A model generated the notes under the pieces. The model was not told the origin of the DNA. It saw only the letters and a program-made list of their open reading frames with translations, and did no database searches. Source: an uncultured Pseudomonadota bacterium (lineage in GTDB: Bacteria > Oederibacteriota > Muellerivitia > Muellerivitales > Muellerivitaceae). From it: a stretch of DNA of 64,000 nucleotides. The translations under genes were made by a program, and so were the position numbers. The stretch is from the NCBI GenBank assembly GCA_963770835.1, contig CAVYRH010000002.1:128001-192000 (forward strand), given 5' to 3'. Positions 50,421 to 59,237 of this stretch are shown piece after piece; position 1 is the stretch's first letter; the number at the start of each line of letters is the position of its first letter.

Positions 50421-52326
50421 CGCCGCCCCTCCTTTCCTTGCCCATGCCCCTGACCGTGGGCGGAGGCCCGCCCCTTTGAAGGCGTTTGGCGTAGGAGCCG
50501 ATCAAGCGCCGCTTCTCCATTTCCTCCTTGGAGAAATCCCCCTTGCTCCTGGTGAATTCCTTGTCCATTCCCTTGGAGATGCTGTCCCCGGCGAATTTCC
50601 GCACCAAACCTGAGACGGGGTTGTCCGTTCCTTCCCCGCCCCGGTCGCGGCCTCCGATTCCCCCAACGTTTCCGATCATGTTGAGGCCCTTGACGAATCG
50701 CCCCCCGGCCACGGCTCCGGCTGTGGTTCCGACAAAAGGGATGATGGAACCCACCGCCGCCCCCGCCGCCGTCCCCACCGCCTGCCCTGTTTCACCCGTC
50801 GCGGCCTTGATGCCCCCGGCGGTCTTGAGCCTAGCCGCGTTCATGGCCCCCATCGCGGCCAGGTTGTCCCTTGCGAAATCCTTGATTCCGTCCCCCCGTA
50901 AGTTCCCTCCTTGGAAGGTGGTGAAAAGGGAGGCGAACTCCTGGACATTGGCGATCATCTGGAGCCCCGCGATAACCGCGCAGGCGGTTAAGAGGCTGTT
51001 CACCCCGATGGTTTCGATCCCCCAATCGATGTTGGGAATGAGGTAAAGCCCTACCAGGGTGATGGCCCAAAAGACGGAATATAGGAGTTGTTTTACGAAG
51101 TACCGGAGAGCCCCCCAGAAAATGGGGGCGGTCGCTGGGTGCCCCAGGCAACCGATAAAAGCGGGCCCCAGGAGGAACAGGACCCAGAGATTCAAGACTT
51201 GGAAAAACTTCGCAAAAATGACAGAAAAACAGACGATTAAACCCCAGAGAGCGGCCCCGCATTTGAGTAAGCCCCCTCCAAACTTGGCGATGCGGCTCTC
51301 ATCCTGCGGCTGGTTGCCTGCCGTTGCGAGATTGGGGCCTGATGATGCCTGTTGGGGCGGGTATTGGACGCCGTTGTTACCCATCAACCCTTGGACCGAA
51401 TAAGGAACCAGTGTTTCCCCGGATATGGCCGGGGTGCTTCCCACCGTGTCGGCCCCTCTCGCCAAAAGGACGTGGACAAGGGTGGGGACGCTCAAAATCA
51501 GGATGATCCCGGAAACCGCCTGGATGAATTTGTAATTGCCGCTTTTGGAGTCCCCTGCCGCCACCGCCGAGTAACAGTTGTAAAAACCCAGGATGACCAG
51601 GGAAAGGGAAACGAGGAAGAAAAAGTCCCAGATAATCCCCTGGGTTTTGATGAAGTTCCCCCGAAAGTCGATCTGGTTCACCTGAACCGCACTCAAGCCT
51701 GAAGGCCCGCCCAAGTTGATGTCGGCGAACCCTTCCAGGACCCCGCTGGTTTTGAGGGTATTTTGGTTGTAGAGGTAGTACCCCAAAGCTGTCACACCGT
51801 TGGTCAAAAGGGAATGGATGAAAGGCCAGGCGAAGATGGCGGTGAAAGCGCCCACAAAGACAAGGACCATCGAGGGCTCAACCGGCCTCCCCCAAAACCC
51901 TGAGGAGCGCTGGCCCACGTCCACCAGGAAAAAAACAAGGAGAAGATAGAGCCCGAAGCCGCTGGTTATCTTGAGCAGGTTCAAAACCTCGGCCACGGCT
52001 AGGGAGGCCTCACCGGCCATCCCCGGTTGTTTGGACATGGCGGTGTAGGTGATAGGCGAGGCCAAATCCGGAATCTTGATGAGGAATGTCCCAATGTACT
52101 TGTCGTATACGTCGAAGAGGGTTTGAAGGGCCCAATTGCCTAGGCTGTCCATTCCGTTGGCGACCCAATCCGCCGCGTTCTTGGCGACGGTTTCCACGAT
52201 TCCTTGGGATACCCCCTGCTGGATGGCGCCTTCCGAAGGGCCGCTATCGGTCGAGAGGACCGTAACGGCGCCCGCGCCCGGCGCCACCATCAGGGTCAAA
52301 CCCGCTATATATAAAAGCTTCTTCAT
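50404..52326 (-). CDS. VirB6/TrbL-like polytopic membrane protein
   Basis: Many TMs, LFLLGPAFIGCLGHPAT..FWG motif, Gly/Ala-rich C-tail. Confidence 0.65.
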   Translation of the reverse strand: MKKLLYIAGLTLMVAPGAGAVTVLSTDSGPSEGAIQQGVSQGIVETVAKNAADWVANGMDSLGNWALQTLFDVYDKYIGTFLIKIPDLASPITYTAMSKQPGMAGEASLAVAEVLNLLKITSGFGLYLLLVFFLVDVGQRSSGFWGRPVEPSMVLVFVGAFTAIFAWPFIHSLLTNGVTALGYYLYNQNTLKTSGVLEGFADINLGGPSGLSAVQVNQIDFRGNFIKTQGIIWDFFFLVSLSLVILGFYNCYSAVAAGDSKSGNYKFIQAVSGIILILSVPTLVHVLLARGADTVGSTPAISGETLVPYSVQGLMGNNGVQYPPQQASSGPNLATAGNQPQDESRIAKFGGGLLKCGAALWGLIVCFSVIFAKFFQVLNLWVLFLLGPAFIGCLGHPATAPIFWGALRYFVKQLLYSVFWAITLVGLYLIPNIDWGIETIGVNSLLTACAVIAGLQMIANVQEFASLFTTFQGGNLRGDGIKDFARDNLAAMGAMNAARLKTAGGIKAATGETGQAVGTAAGAAVGSIIPFVGTTAGAVAGGRFVKGLNMIGNVGGIGGRDRGGEGTDNPVSGLVRKFAGDSISKGMDKEFTRSKGDFSKEEMEKRRLIGSYAKRLQRGGPPPTVRGMGKERRGGDGNPT

Positions 52327-52389
52327 ATGAAACCTTCCAAATATCAAACTGCTTTAAGGGGGATATGCCCCCGTTCACTTCATAAACCG

Positions 52390-52749
52390 TCAATTACCCG
52401 CCAACACCGAGGAAACCGGACGAGCCCCGAATTCCCCGGCTTTCAGGATGAGGACGTTCACCACCACCCCCACCATGAGAATCCCCACGAAAGCCAGGAC
52501 CGAGTTCCATACCCTGTCCTTGGCCGTCGTGTCCCCCTTGCTGGAATCCGCCAGGTGGTCGAAAACGTTCTTGATGCAGCCGAACAATTTCCAGAGCCCG
52601 TAGGCGTCCAGGACGAAAAGGATCAGCGTCTTGACCGGCGAAAGCTCCGGGATGCTGACCACGGCTTGGGCGAAGGCTGCCTCGGCCTCCAAAAAGATCC
52701 AAAGCGCCAAAACCACCCTTTTCTTCCCCTTAAATATTTCTTTCTTCAT
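52390..52749 (-). CDS. VirB2/TrbC-like pilin
   Basis: Signal ending AAFA|Q, then two hydrophobic helices separated by KGD..AK. Confidence 0.6.
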   Translation of the reverse strand: MKKEIFKGKKRVVLALWIFLEAEAAFAQAVVSIPELSPVKTLILFVLDAYGLWKLFGCIKNVFDHLADSSKGDTTAKDRVWNSVLAFVGILMVGVVVNVLILKAGEFGARPVSSVLAGN

Positions 52750-52785
52750 ATCGAACCTCCGAAATAAAACATCAATACACATTCC

Positions 52786-53643
52786 TCATTGGGCCGGCGG
52801 TGCGCCTCCGGCATTTGCCGAGTTCTGGGGCTCTCGGGGTTGGACATTGACGGTCCCCAATTGCTGGATGGCGACCGAACCCCCGGTTTGAACGGCAACT
52901 GCCCCCGCAGTGTTCAACCCTTGGACCCCATTGCCGCTTGTGGCGATGTTGGAACCCGTTGACTGCCCCAAGCCGACCAGGGATCCCAGGTTCGTGATGC
53001 CAAGGGAGGAGAGGATCTGGGACACCACCAGGGACCCGATGACGCCTCCTAGGGCCGCAATCGCGGTCCCAATGACCTGGTTGAAGGCCGAAACCAAGGC
53101 GCTTTCCTGGCTGGTTGGTTGGTATCCAGGGGCGACGGTGGGCCCAGGAAGGGCCGATATCTGCCCTGAAATCGTATTGGCCTGGGCAACGTTCCCTGTC
53201 TGGATGGCCTGTGCTTCCTGCTGGTAAAGGCCCCCGATCTGTTGGAAATCCGGGTCGCTACTCCCCTGAAGCTGGACGGAATAACCCTGGAGTTCCGTGA
53301 CAGACTGGGGCGCGAAAGCCGTTCCCACCGTTTGGGAAAGTTGGGCGCTCAAGGTGGCAAGGCCGCTCATGACCTGGCTCTTCACCCAATCGGACTTCGC
53401 CGCCTGGTTGTATTGGGTGGACGTGAAGGGACAGGGTTTCCTCGTGCCCCGCGAAACAACCCCCGTTGGGACGTAACGCCTTGCCGATTCCTTGGGAAAC
53501 ACCAATTCCTTCATGAGAAAATCCCTGAACCCAACCACGTTTTGCCTTATCTCATCGTTGGTCTTGGAGTCGTCCGAAAAGGTATCGGCCGATAGGGGCT
53601 GTACGCAAAACAAGAAGATAATTGAAATCCATATACCTTTCAT
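52786..53643 (-). CDS. Exported Gln/Gly-rich protein with hydrophobic glycine-zipper hairpin
   Basis: Signal peptide; VIGTAIAALGGVIGSLVVSQILSSLG. Confidence 0.65.
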   Translation of the reverse strand: MKGIWISIIFLFCVQPLSADTFSDDSKTNDEIRQNVVGFRDFLMKELVFPKESARRYVPTGVVSRGTRKPCPFTSTQYNQAAKSDWVKSQVMSGLATLSAQLSQTVGTAFAPQSVTELQGYSVQLQGSSDPDFQQIGGLYQQEAQAIQTGNVAQANTISGQISALPGPTVAPGYQPTSQESALVSAFNQVIGTAIAALGGVIGSLVVSQILSSLGITNLGSLVGLGQSTGSNIATSGNGVQGLNTAGAVAVQTGGSVAIQQLGTVNVQPREPQNSANAGGAPPAQ

Positions 53644-54107
53644 TCAGCCCCTCCCTTCTTGAGGGCCAGGATGAACTGGGCAACCTCAAACGGGTTTTCC
53701 ACTCCCTGGAAGGCCATCTCGAATTGCCCCCGCCTGTCGGATGCCCCGGCGGTCTTGATGAAGATGTTCCCGATTCCAAAGGGCTTCTGGAGAAGGGTTT
53801 GTTCGACTGTGACATCCACTATTTTTTCAATCGGGATGCTCCTGACCTCCCTCACCAGGATTCCCTCCCTCTGCTCGACCAAGTCCTTCTTGACGACGTA
53901 AATTGTGTTGGAGAGGGCCGCCCAAGAGAAAACAGCCAACAAGGATTCCAAGAGAATAAACAACGAGAGAACCAGCAAGGGGTCTACCCCAAGCGGTATG
54001 AGGCAAAGGAAAACCAAAGGGGCGGCAAGGACATCCAGGTAATGCGGGAAGGAAGGGTGAAGAACCTTCAGGACTTCAAATTTGATTTCGTTCAAGTTCT
54101 TTTCCAT
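53640..54107 (-). CDS. Membrane protein with bacterial PH domain (bPH_2-like)
   Basis: Two TMs, then GILVREVRSIPIEKIVDVTVEQTLLQKPFGIGNIFIKTAG. Confidence 0.85.
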   Translation of the reverse strand: MEKNLNEIKFEVLKVLHPSFPHYLDVLAAPLVFLCLIPLGVDPLLVLSLFILLESLLAVFSWAALSNTIYVVKKDLVEQREGILVREVRSIPIEKIVDVTVEQTLLQKPFGIGNIFIKTAGASDRRGQFEMAFQGVENPFEVAQFILALKKGGAE

Positions 54108-54116
54108 GTCAGCACC

Positions 54117-54587
54117 TCAAAAAAGCCGGACGTAGGCCGGATCGCTGTCTTCCGTCACGAAAACCGTGATTCCAAAATCGGGAAAATAGGGCCGGTTGAC
54201 CCGGATTCGAAGCTTGCGGGCTCCCGACGCCACGCCTTTCCCAAAAACCTGCCGTGTGGACTGCCGCCTCAAAATCCACCCCTGGATGGCTTGGTCGCTC
54301 GATAAGTCGAGGATGAATCCACCATCGAGTGAGGTCAGGGTGACTTCGATTTTTGCCTTGTCCGTCTCCGTCCCGAATTCAAGGGTCTGGGTTTTGAAAG
54401 GAACCGCTACCTGGGCCGTTCTTTTCCTTGTTGGCCCCGCAAACTTTGGCGGCTGGTGGTACTGGCCCAATTCCTCGATGGCCCATTGGTACCGGTCCCT
54501 GACCACGTCGAAGGGGTTATCAGTGGCCAGGACCAGCCCTGGAACAAAAAGGACTAAAGATGATATAAAGGCAGCTTTGCTGCTCAA
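54117..54587 (-). CDS. Exported hypothetical protein
   Basis: Signal peptide, beta-rich C-terminus. Confidence 0.6.
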   Translation of the reverse strand: MSSKAAFISSLVLFVPGLVLATDNPFDVVRDRYQWAIEELGQYHQPPKFAGPTRKRTAQVAVPFKTQTLEFGTETDKAKIEVTLTSLDGGFILDLSSDQAIQGWILRRQSTRQVFGKGVASGARKLRIRVNRPYFPDFGITVFVTEDSDPAYVRLF

Positions 54588-55771
54588 AATGACACCCCCA
54601 TATCGACGGCAACAGCGGGATTGACGTAGCTGGTTGAGGAAAGCGGCAATTCCAATCCATCAGTTTCGTTTCCCTTCCCCACCGGCAGGGGTAAGGGGAA
54701 ATTTGTGTTCGAAGTATTCAAGCGGGCCAAGGTGAAGTCGTTCATCGAATTGGTTATTTGCAGATCAATGAAGATGGAACGGATTCGAATCCGAGCTTTC
54801 CCATACCAGGCCATTTGGGGTAAGCCCGCCAGGGAGGGATTGATGCCGTTCCCGCCCGTAAAGGGGTTGTTTAAGTTGGAACACAAGGGAACCTGGCTCT
54901 CAAACGTCACCTCATCCAGTGACAGGAACTCCCAGGAAAAGAGGTGTCCTATTCTTGCCCCAAAGGTGAAGGCGTTCGTGTCGAAGCTGCGGGCTGAATC
55001 CTCAACGCCATATTCGAAATAAAGCTCGTAATTCCCGGAGAGATCCGCTTTCCCGCAGATGGAATAAGACGGGTTCCCGCTTAACGATCCGTAGGTGAAG
55101 TAGTCGGAAGTACTTTCCGCCATATTGAAAAGAAGGACGGTTGTGAGGTCTTTCCCGAAATCGAGCTTCATCCGGGCCTGGCCCATGAAAAAACCCTGGG
55201 AGCCGTCCAAAACCGCGTTATCCTCAGCCAACAGGGTCGGGAAGTAAAAGAAGCTCAAGGAAGTCGGCGGGCTTGAGAGGCCCTTGTCGTCCTCCAAGCC
55301 GAAGGAGAACTTGAACGGGATATAGACCTTTATCCCGTCCAGCCTCCTTTCCCCCATCAAGGGATACCGCCCGAAAAAGCTCGTTGGGGAGACGATGCCG
55401 GACAAATCCATGCGGCCGGCCCGGGCCTCGAACCAGGGCTCGGACAGGGAGATATTCGCCTCCCTCACTTCAACCGTTTCCACCCCATCGGAAGACGAAA
55501 GGCTTTTCCCGAAACGGATGCGGCCTTCCGCCGACACGTCGTTTTCATCGATGGGGCGTACAACCGACAAATCCACCAGGGAACCGGCTTCGCCGTTTGA
55601 GTAGGCGAGGGCCACGGTCGAGCTGACTGCTCCACTCTGCGTCTCAGGGGTCAACGCCGCCGTTGGCGTGGGCATAACCATTGGAGCCGGTGTGGGTGTG
55701 GTTTTACCCATGGCGGCTGGGACGGATACCGCGACTATCAAACACAAAATAAAGAGCGTCTTCATTTTCAT
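54584..55771 (-). CDS. Probable outer-membrane beta-barrel (porin-like)
   Basis: Signal peptide, PT linker, VREANI..FEARAGR porin-like strands, terminal VDMGVSF. Confidence 0.6.
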   Translation of the reverse strand: MKMKTLFILCLIVAVSVPAAMGKTTPTPAPMVMPTPTAALTPETQSGAVSSTVALAYSNGEAGSLVDLSVVRPIDENDVSAEGRIRFGKSLSSSDGVETVEVREANISLSEPWFEARAGRMDLSGIVSPTSFFGRYPLMGERRLDGIKVYIPFKFSFGLEDDKGLSSPPTSLSFFYFPTLLAEDNAVLDGSQGFFMGQARMKLDFGKDLTTVLLFNMAESTSDYFTYGSLSGNPSYSICGKADLSGNYELYFEYGVEDSARSFDTNAFTFGARIGHLFSWEFLSLDEVTFESQVPLCSNLNNPFTGGNGINPSLAGLPQMAWYGKARIRIRSIFIDLQITNSMNDFTLARLNTSNTNFPLPLPVGKGNETDGLELPLSSTSYVNPAVAVDMGVSF

Positions 55772-55777
55772 ATCCTC

Positions 55778-56854
55778 TCAATAACTGGTGTTCAATACGG
55801 TGAAGGACCCGTTCCCAACCGAGGCGCTGCCCGTTGCCCCGTTGGAACCGCATGACGCGTGGAAGGCCGGGAATCCCCCGTCGCTGTAATAGCTGCAAGA
55901 GTAGTTGCCGGGGGAAAAGGTGATGACCCCGCCCTCGGCGTTGGTGTTCCCATTCGGGGTGTCAAAATAACCGGAGGTGCAGTTGGTGGAAGGTTCGTTG
56001 ATCCACACCCTTACGGTGGCGCAGGAATTACTGCTTGAGACCGTCAAGGTTCCGTTGGCCTGTTTGACGAGGTTGCAAGAGTCATAATTGTTGAAATTAG
56101 GCTGGCTCCAGGTGACGGTCACGGTACTCGTGAAGTTTTTGGCGATGGTCTGAGGGGAACTTTCCGCTCTTGGGTAGGGAGTGGGCTCCAAGTCCAGTGC
56201 CGTCACCGAGAAGTATGCCGGCTCGTCCACGCAACCGCTCCCCGTTACCGTCACCGCCGCCGTGTCGTCCTCAAGGTAGCCAATAGTCGTTGGCCCATAT
56301 CTCGTATTCCAACCCGAGGGTAGTTGGGAAAGCTTGAGCGTCACGGGAACCAGCAGGCTTCCCTGGTTGTAGGAGAGGCCGTAAAGGAAGATTCCGCCGT
56401 TGGTGCCGCTGATGCCGCTTGGAACCGGCGGCGTCAACTGAAGGGTCGCCCCCGACGTGGTGAACTGGACTTCCTCAAACGACTGGGTAACCCCCATCGT
56501 CACCGTGGAGGGTGCATAGGGAAAAGGCGTCTGGGCCGGAATTACGAAGGTCCAGGTTCCAACTTCCAAATAAGGCGGGTTGAAGGTCGCAATTCCGGTT
56601 GTTGTGGTGGGAGCCGAAAAAGTCGTGGAGCCGGAGGGAGGTATTGCCTCAACCGTCAAACCCGCCACGCCCGCCCCCTTATCCACCACCGCGACCTGGA
56701 CAGAGCCGGTGATCCTGGCAATAGGCGTGGGCGTCGGAGAAAAGGCCGTGTCTAGGGGTGAGGAAGGACTATTGGAGTGGCACCCCACCATGATTCCAAC
56801 AATTCCAACCGGAAAGAGCATCAAAAGCACCAAGTAAACAAACGCGTTCCTCAT
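55778..56854 (-). CDS. Surface lipoprotein with Ser/Thr-rich beta domains (adhesin-like)
   Basis: RBS GGAGG; lipobox MVGC, PTPTP linker, Cys-containing C-domain. Confidence 0.7.
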   Translation of the reverse strand: MRNAFVYLVLLMLFPVGIVGIMVGCHSNSPSSPLDTAFSPTPTPIARITGSVQVAVVDKGAGVAGLTVEAIPPSGSTTFSAPTTTTGIATFNPPYLEVGTWTFVIPAQTPFPYAPSTVTMGVTQSFEEVQFTTSGATLQLTPPVPSGISGTNGGIFLYGLSYNQGSLLVPVTLKLSQLPSGWNTRYGPTTIGYLEDDTAAVTVTGSGCVDEPAYFSVTALDLEPTPYPRAESSPQTIAKNFTSTVTVTWSQPNFNNYDSCNLVKQANGTLTVSSSNSCATVRVWINEPSTNCTSGYFDTPNGNTNAEGGVITFSPGNYSCSYYSDGGFPAFHASCGSNGATGSASVGNGSFTVLNTSY

Positions 56855-56859
56855 ATCGA

Positions 56860-57367
56860 ACCTCCTATACCTTTTCTTTGAACCCGTGATTCCCCGGCGG
56901 ATTCCGCTTGAGGAACGGGGATTCAATTGTTCAAATACGCTTCCTTGCGGGCCAAGGCATCCAATATCCAGCTAGGTTCCTTTTCCTGGCCGGCTTCTCC
57001 CACGGACGGATCGGCTTTTCCAATAACGCTTGGCGAGGCAGATTGGGTTTTACGCAAGACGAAAACCAAGGTGTGTTTCTTTTTGTGCGGGGTGGCGCAA
57101 GATGAAGCGCCCTGTTTCGAGGGAGTTCCTTTTTTCTCCAGGAAGGCAATGAGGAAGACGGTGGGGGAATTCAGCCGGAGGGCGGCCGAAAGCAACCCGG
57201 ACGCCCCACGGCCGGTGAATCCCAATGCCGTAAGAACGGACCCCACCTTGAAATATACGACTCCGGCTAATACCGGCTTTTCCTGGTTCATATGGTTCAC
57301 CCAATATTCCCGTTTCACTTTTTATGGCATCGACGGGAGGCCGCAAGAAAGAATACCTTTGTATACT
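56860..57367 (-). ncRNA. Putative long structured 5' leader of the transfer gene run
   Basis: Nested helices (56941-56953/57339-57349; 57160-57166/57241-57247) between a promoter and the first convincing gene. Confidence 0.4.
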
Positions 57368-57373
57368 TCCTTG

Positions 57374-57402
57374 AACATAGAAAGCCTTTCCCTCTTAGTC
57401 AA
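57374..57402 (-). promoter_or_regulatory. Putative sigma70 promoter of the transfer gene run
   Basis: TTGACT-17 nt-TATGTT on the minus strand. Confidence 0.5.
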
Positions 57403-57786
57403 TGCTCGCTGAAAAATATTTCCGGGATTTGTCAAAAACCTGGAAAGGAATGGGAAGACGCGGTGTTGTTCCGGTTTTTCTTGGGCCCCAAGGTTTCGCT
57501 TCTTGAAAGCCGAAGGGATTAAGACGGACGGCCCTAGGAAAAGTTCCAAGATTTCAAAAATATTTTTTCCGGCAGTTATGCCGCTTTTTGTGCGGCCTCT
57601 AAGTTATCCACCGTTGTTCGTCCCTAAATTCACGGGTCCACCGTTAAACGGACGGGTTATCCACAATCATCAGTTACCAGCGTTAACCGTCATTTATACG
57701 GGCCGATATTCCACGGTTTAGTGGCGCAATTTGAATTTGTTGATACAAGGAAATGAAAATTTGGGTGGGTGGGAATTCACGGAAAA

Positions 57787-58245
57787 CTAATCGTCCAGGC
57801 TTCCCTCGTACTCAAAGGAACTTTCGATCTTCTTCTCGTGCCCGCAGGAGGAACAAGCCCAGACTTCCTTGAGGGAAGTTTCAACATACGGCATATCCAC
57901 CGGGTGGATGAACTCAATATCCTGGTTGGGCGAAAAAAGCCGGTTGGAATAAAGAACCCCTCTTTCCGTTCGGGGGATGGCCCTGACCACTTCCCTCTCT
58001 TGGGTCACCTCGGTCTTGACCCGGTGAAGGGCGAAAAACTGGCCGCAGTTGGGACAGCGGGATTTGATAACTTTTTTGATACCGTAGACGATGGGGCCCA
58101 AGGTCAGGACATAAAGCGGGTTCAAGATATAAAAAACCGCCGTCCCGGCGTCAAAAACGAATTTGAGGATGTAGCCCATGATCCCTAGGGCCACAAAGGC
58201 ACCGATTGAGAGGAAAAAAGAAAAGATAAAAAAATGATGAGTCAT
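57787..58245 (-). CDS. Membrane protein with split zinc-ribbon
   Basis: Two TMs, CPNCG ... CSSCG. Confidence 0.65.
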   Translation of the reverse strand: MTHHFFIFSFFLSIGAFVALGIMGYILKFVFDAGTAVFYILNPLYVLTLGPIVYGIKKVIKSRCPNCGQFFALHRVKTEVTQEREVVRAIPRTERGVLYSNRLFSPNQDIEFIHPVDMPYVETSLKEVWACSSCGHEKKIESSFEYEGSLDD

Positions 58246-58419
58246 CAGTCACCGCCCAGCGCCACTCATTTCTTGATTCAATGCTATTACCCGAAGTAAC
58301 CAGGGTCAAGAGAGGGAATAAACGGGCAAACGATTTTATTTTTAACCGCCTCTTTTTTGACCCAACCGTCTAAGAACTATCTTTCAATCCAATTCCCGGC
58401 GGTGAGTGACGCTCATGAG

Positions 58420-59097
58420 TTACCTCACTGGTACCGGATGCGCATCAAAGGATATATTCTTTTTTGGCCGTCCTGGCTTCTTGTACGGACGCCAATCCAA
58501 GGCCGTTGGGTTGAAGGGCGCAAACCAGTAATAGGTAATAGAGCCGGGGGCCTTTAATGTCCTTGTGTATTGCAAGTAATGGTTCCGGTGCCTGAACTTT
58601 AATACTTCCATGATCCACTTGCGCCCCTTGCCCTTTCGATGGGCCCATAAAAGGAAGCTGGCTTTAATCATCTTATAAGGGAATCCGGTTTTCCAGAGAT
58701 CGTTCAGGGCCTTGCTTTGCATTAATGTTATTTTTGGTCCGAATCCCCTTTTGTTCCAGAAGCGAAAAAACCTGTGGCCGAAAGGTTCCTGGGGGTGCCT
58801 TTCCTTGATTTTTTGCCAGGTGTACCTCCAACCTATTGATTTCCCTTTCCCGAACAACTTGCAAAAGTACCAATAAACGTTGTTCCTGTGGGCATTCATT
58901 GCCTTGGCGCTTCGGGCTAGGTTTCCTTCGTGGAGGGCAAACCATGTCATGTGATGGTGGAAGCGGAATACCTCGGGAGGGTTGCCGGCTTCCCATAGGG
59001 TGTTTAGGGTTTCTAAACCCTTTCTCAAATCCTTAAGAGAGTAGACGGGTTCAAAGACTGCATCCTTTAGTTTAAAAGGTCTTTTACGGGTGGTCAT
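58420..59097 (-). CDS. Basic DNA-binding-like protein with two internal Fis-like HTH repeats (paralogue A)
   Basis: EGNLARSAKAMNAHRNNV; LW.TGFPYK; C-terminal KKPGRPKK. Confidence 0.6.
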   Translation of the reverse strand: MTTRKRPFKLKDAVFEPVYSLKDLRKGLETLNTLWEAGNPPEVFRFHHHMTWFALHEGNLARSAKAMNAHRNNVYWYFCKLFGKGKSIGWRYTWQKIKERHPQEPFGHRFFRFWNKRGFGPKITLMQSKALNDLWKTGFPYKMIKASFLLWAHRKGKGRKWIMEVLKFRHRNHYLQYTRTLKAPGSITYYWFAPFNPTALDWRPYKKPGRPKKNISFDAHPVPVR

Positions 59098-59237
59098 GAT
59101 GGGGCCTAGTTTTTTTACACTCTCGGCCCTTAAAGCGGGCTAGGCATGACGAAAATTTCATAAGGCCGGAGAAACTACCCAAGAACTCAAAAAAAGAATA
59201 CCGCTCGTAACTCTCGGGCTTTGGGTGAAATATTTTT

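Noticed and set aside
56923..57412. ORFs of 131, 161 and 98 aa in the leader region
   Set aside because: No clear RBS, no recognisable motifs and mutually overlapping; a structured non-coding region fits better, though a leader peptide is not excluded
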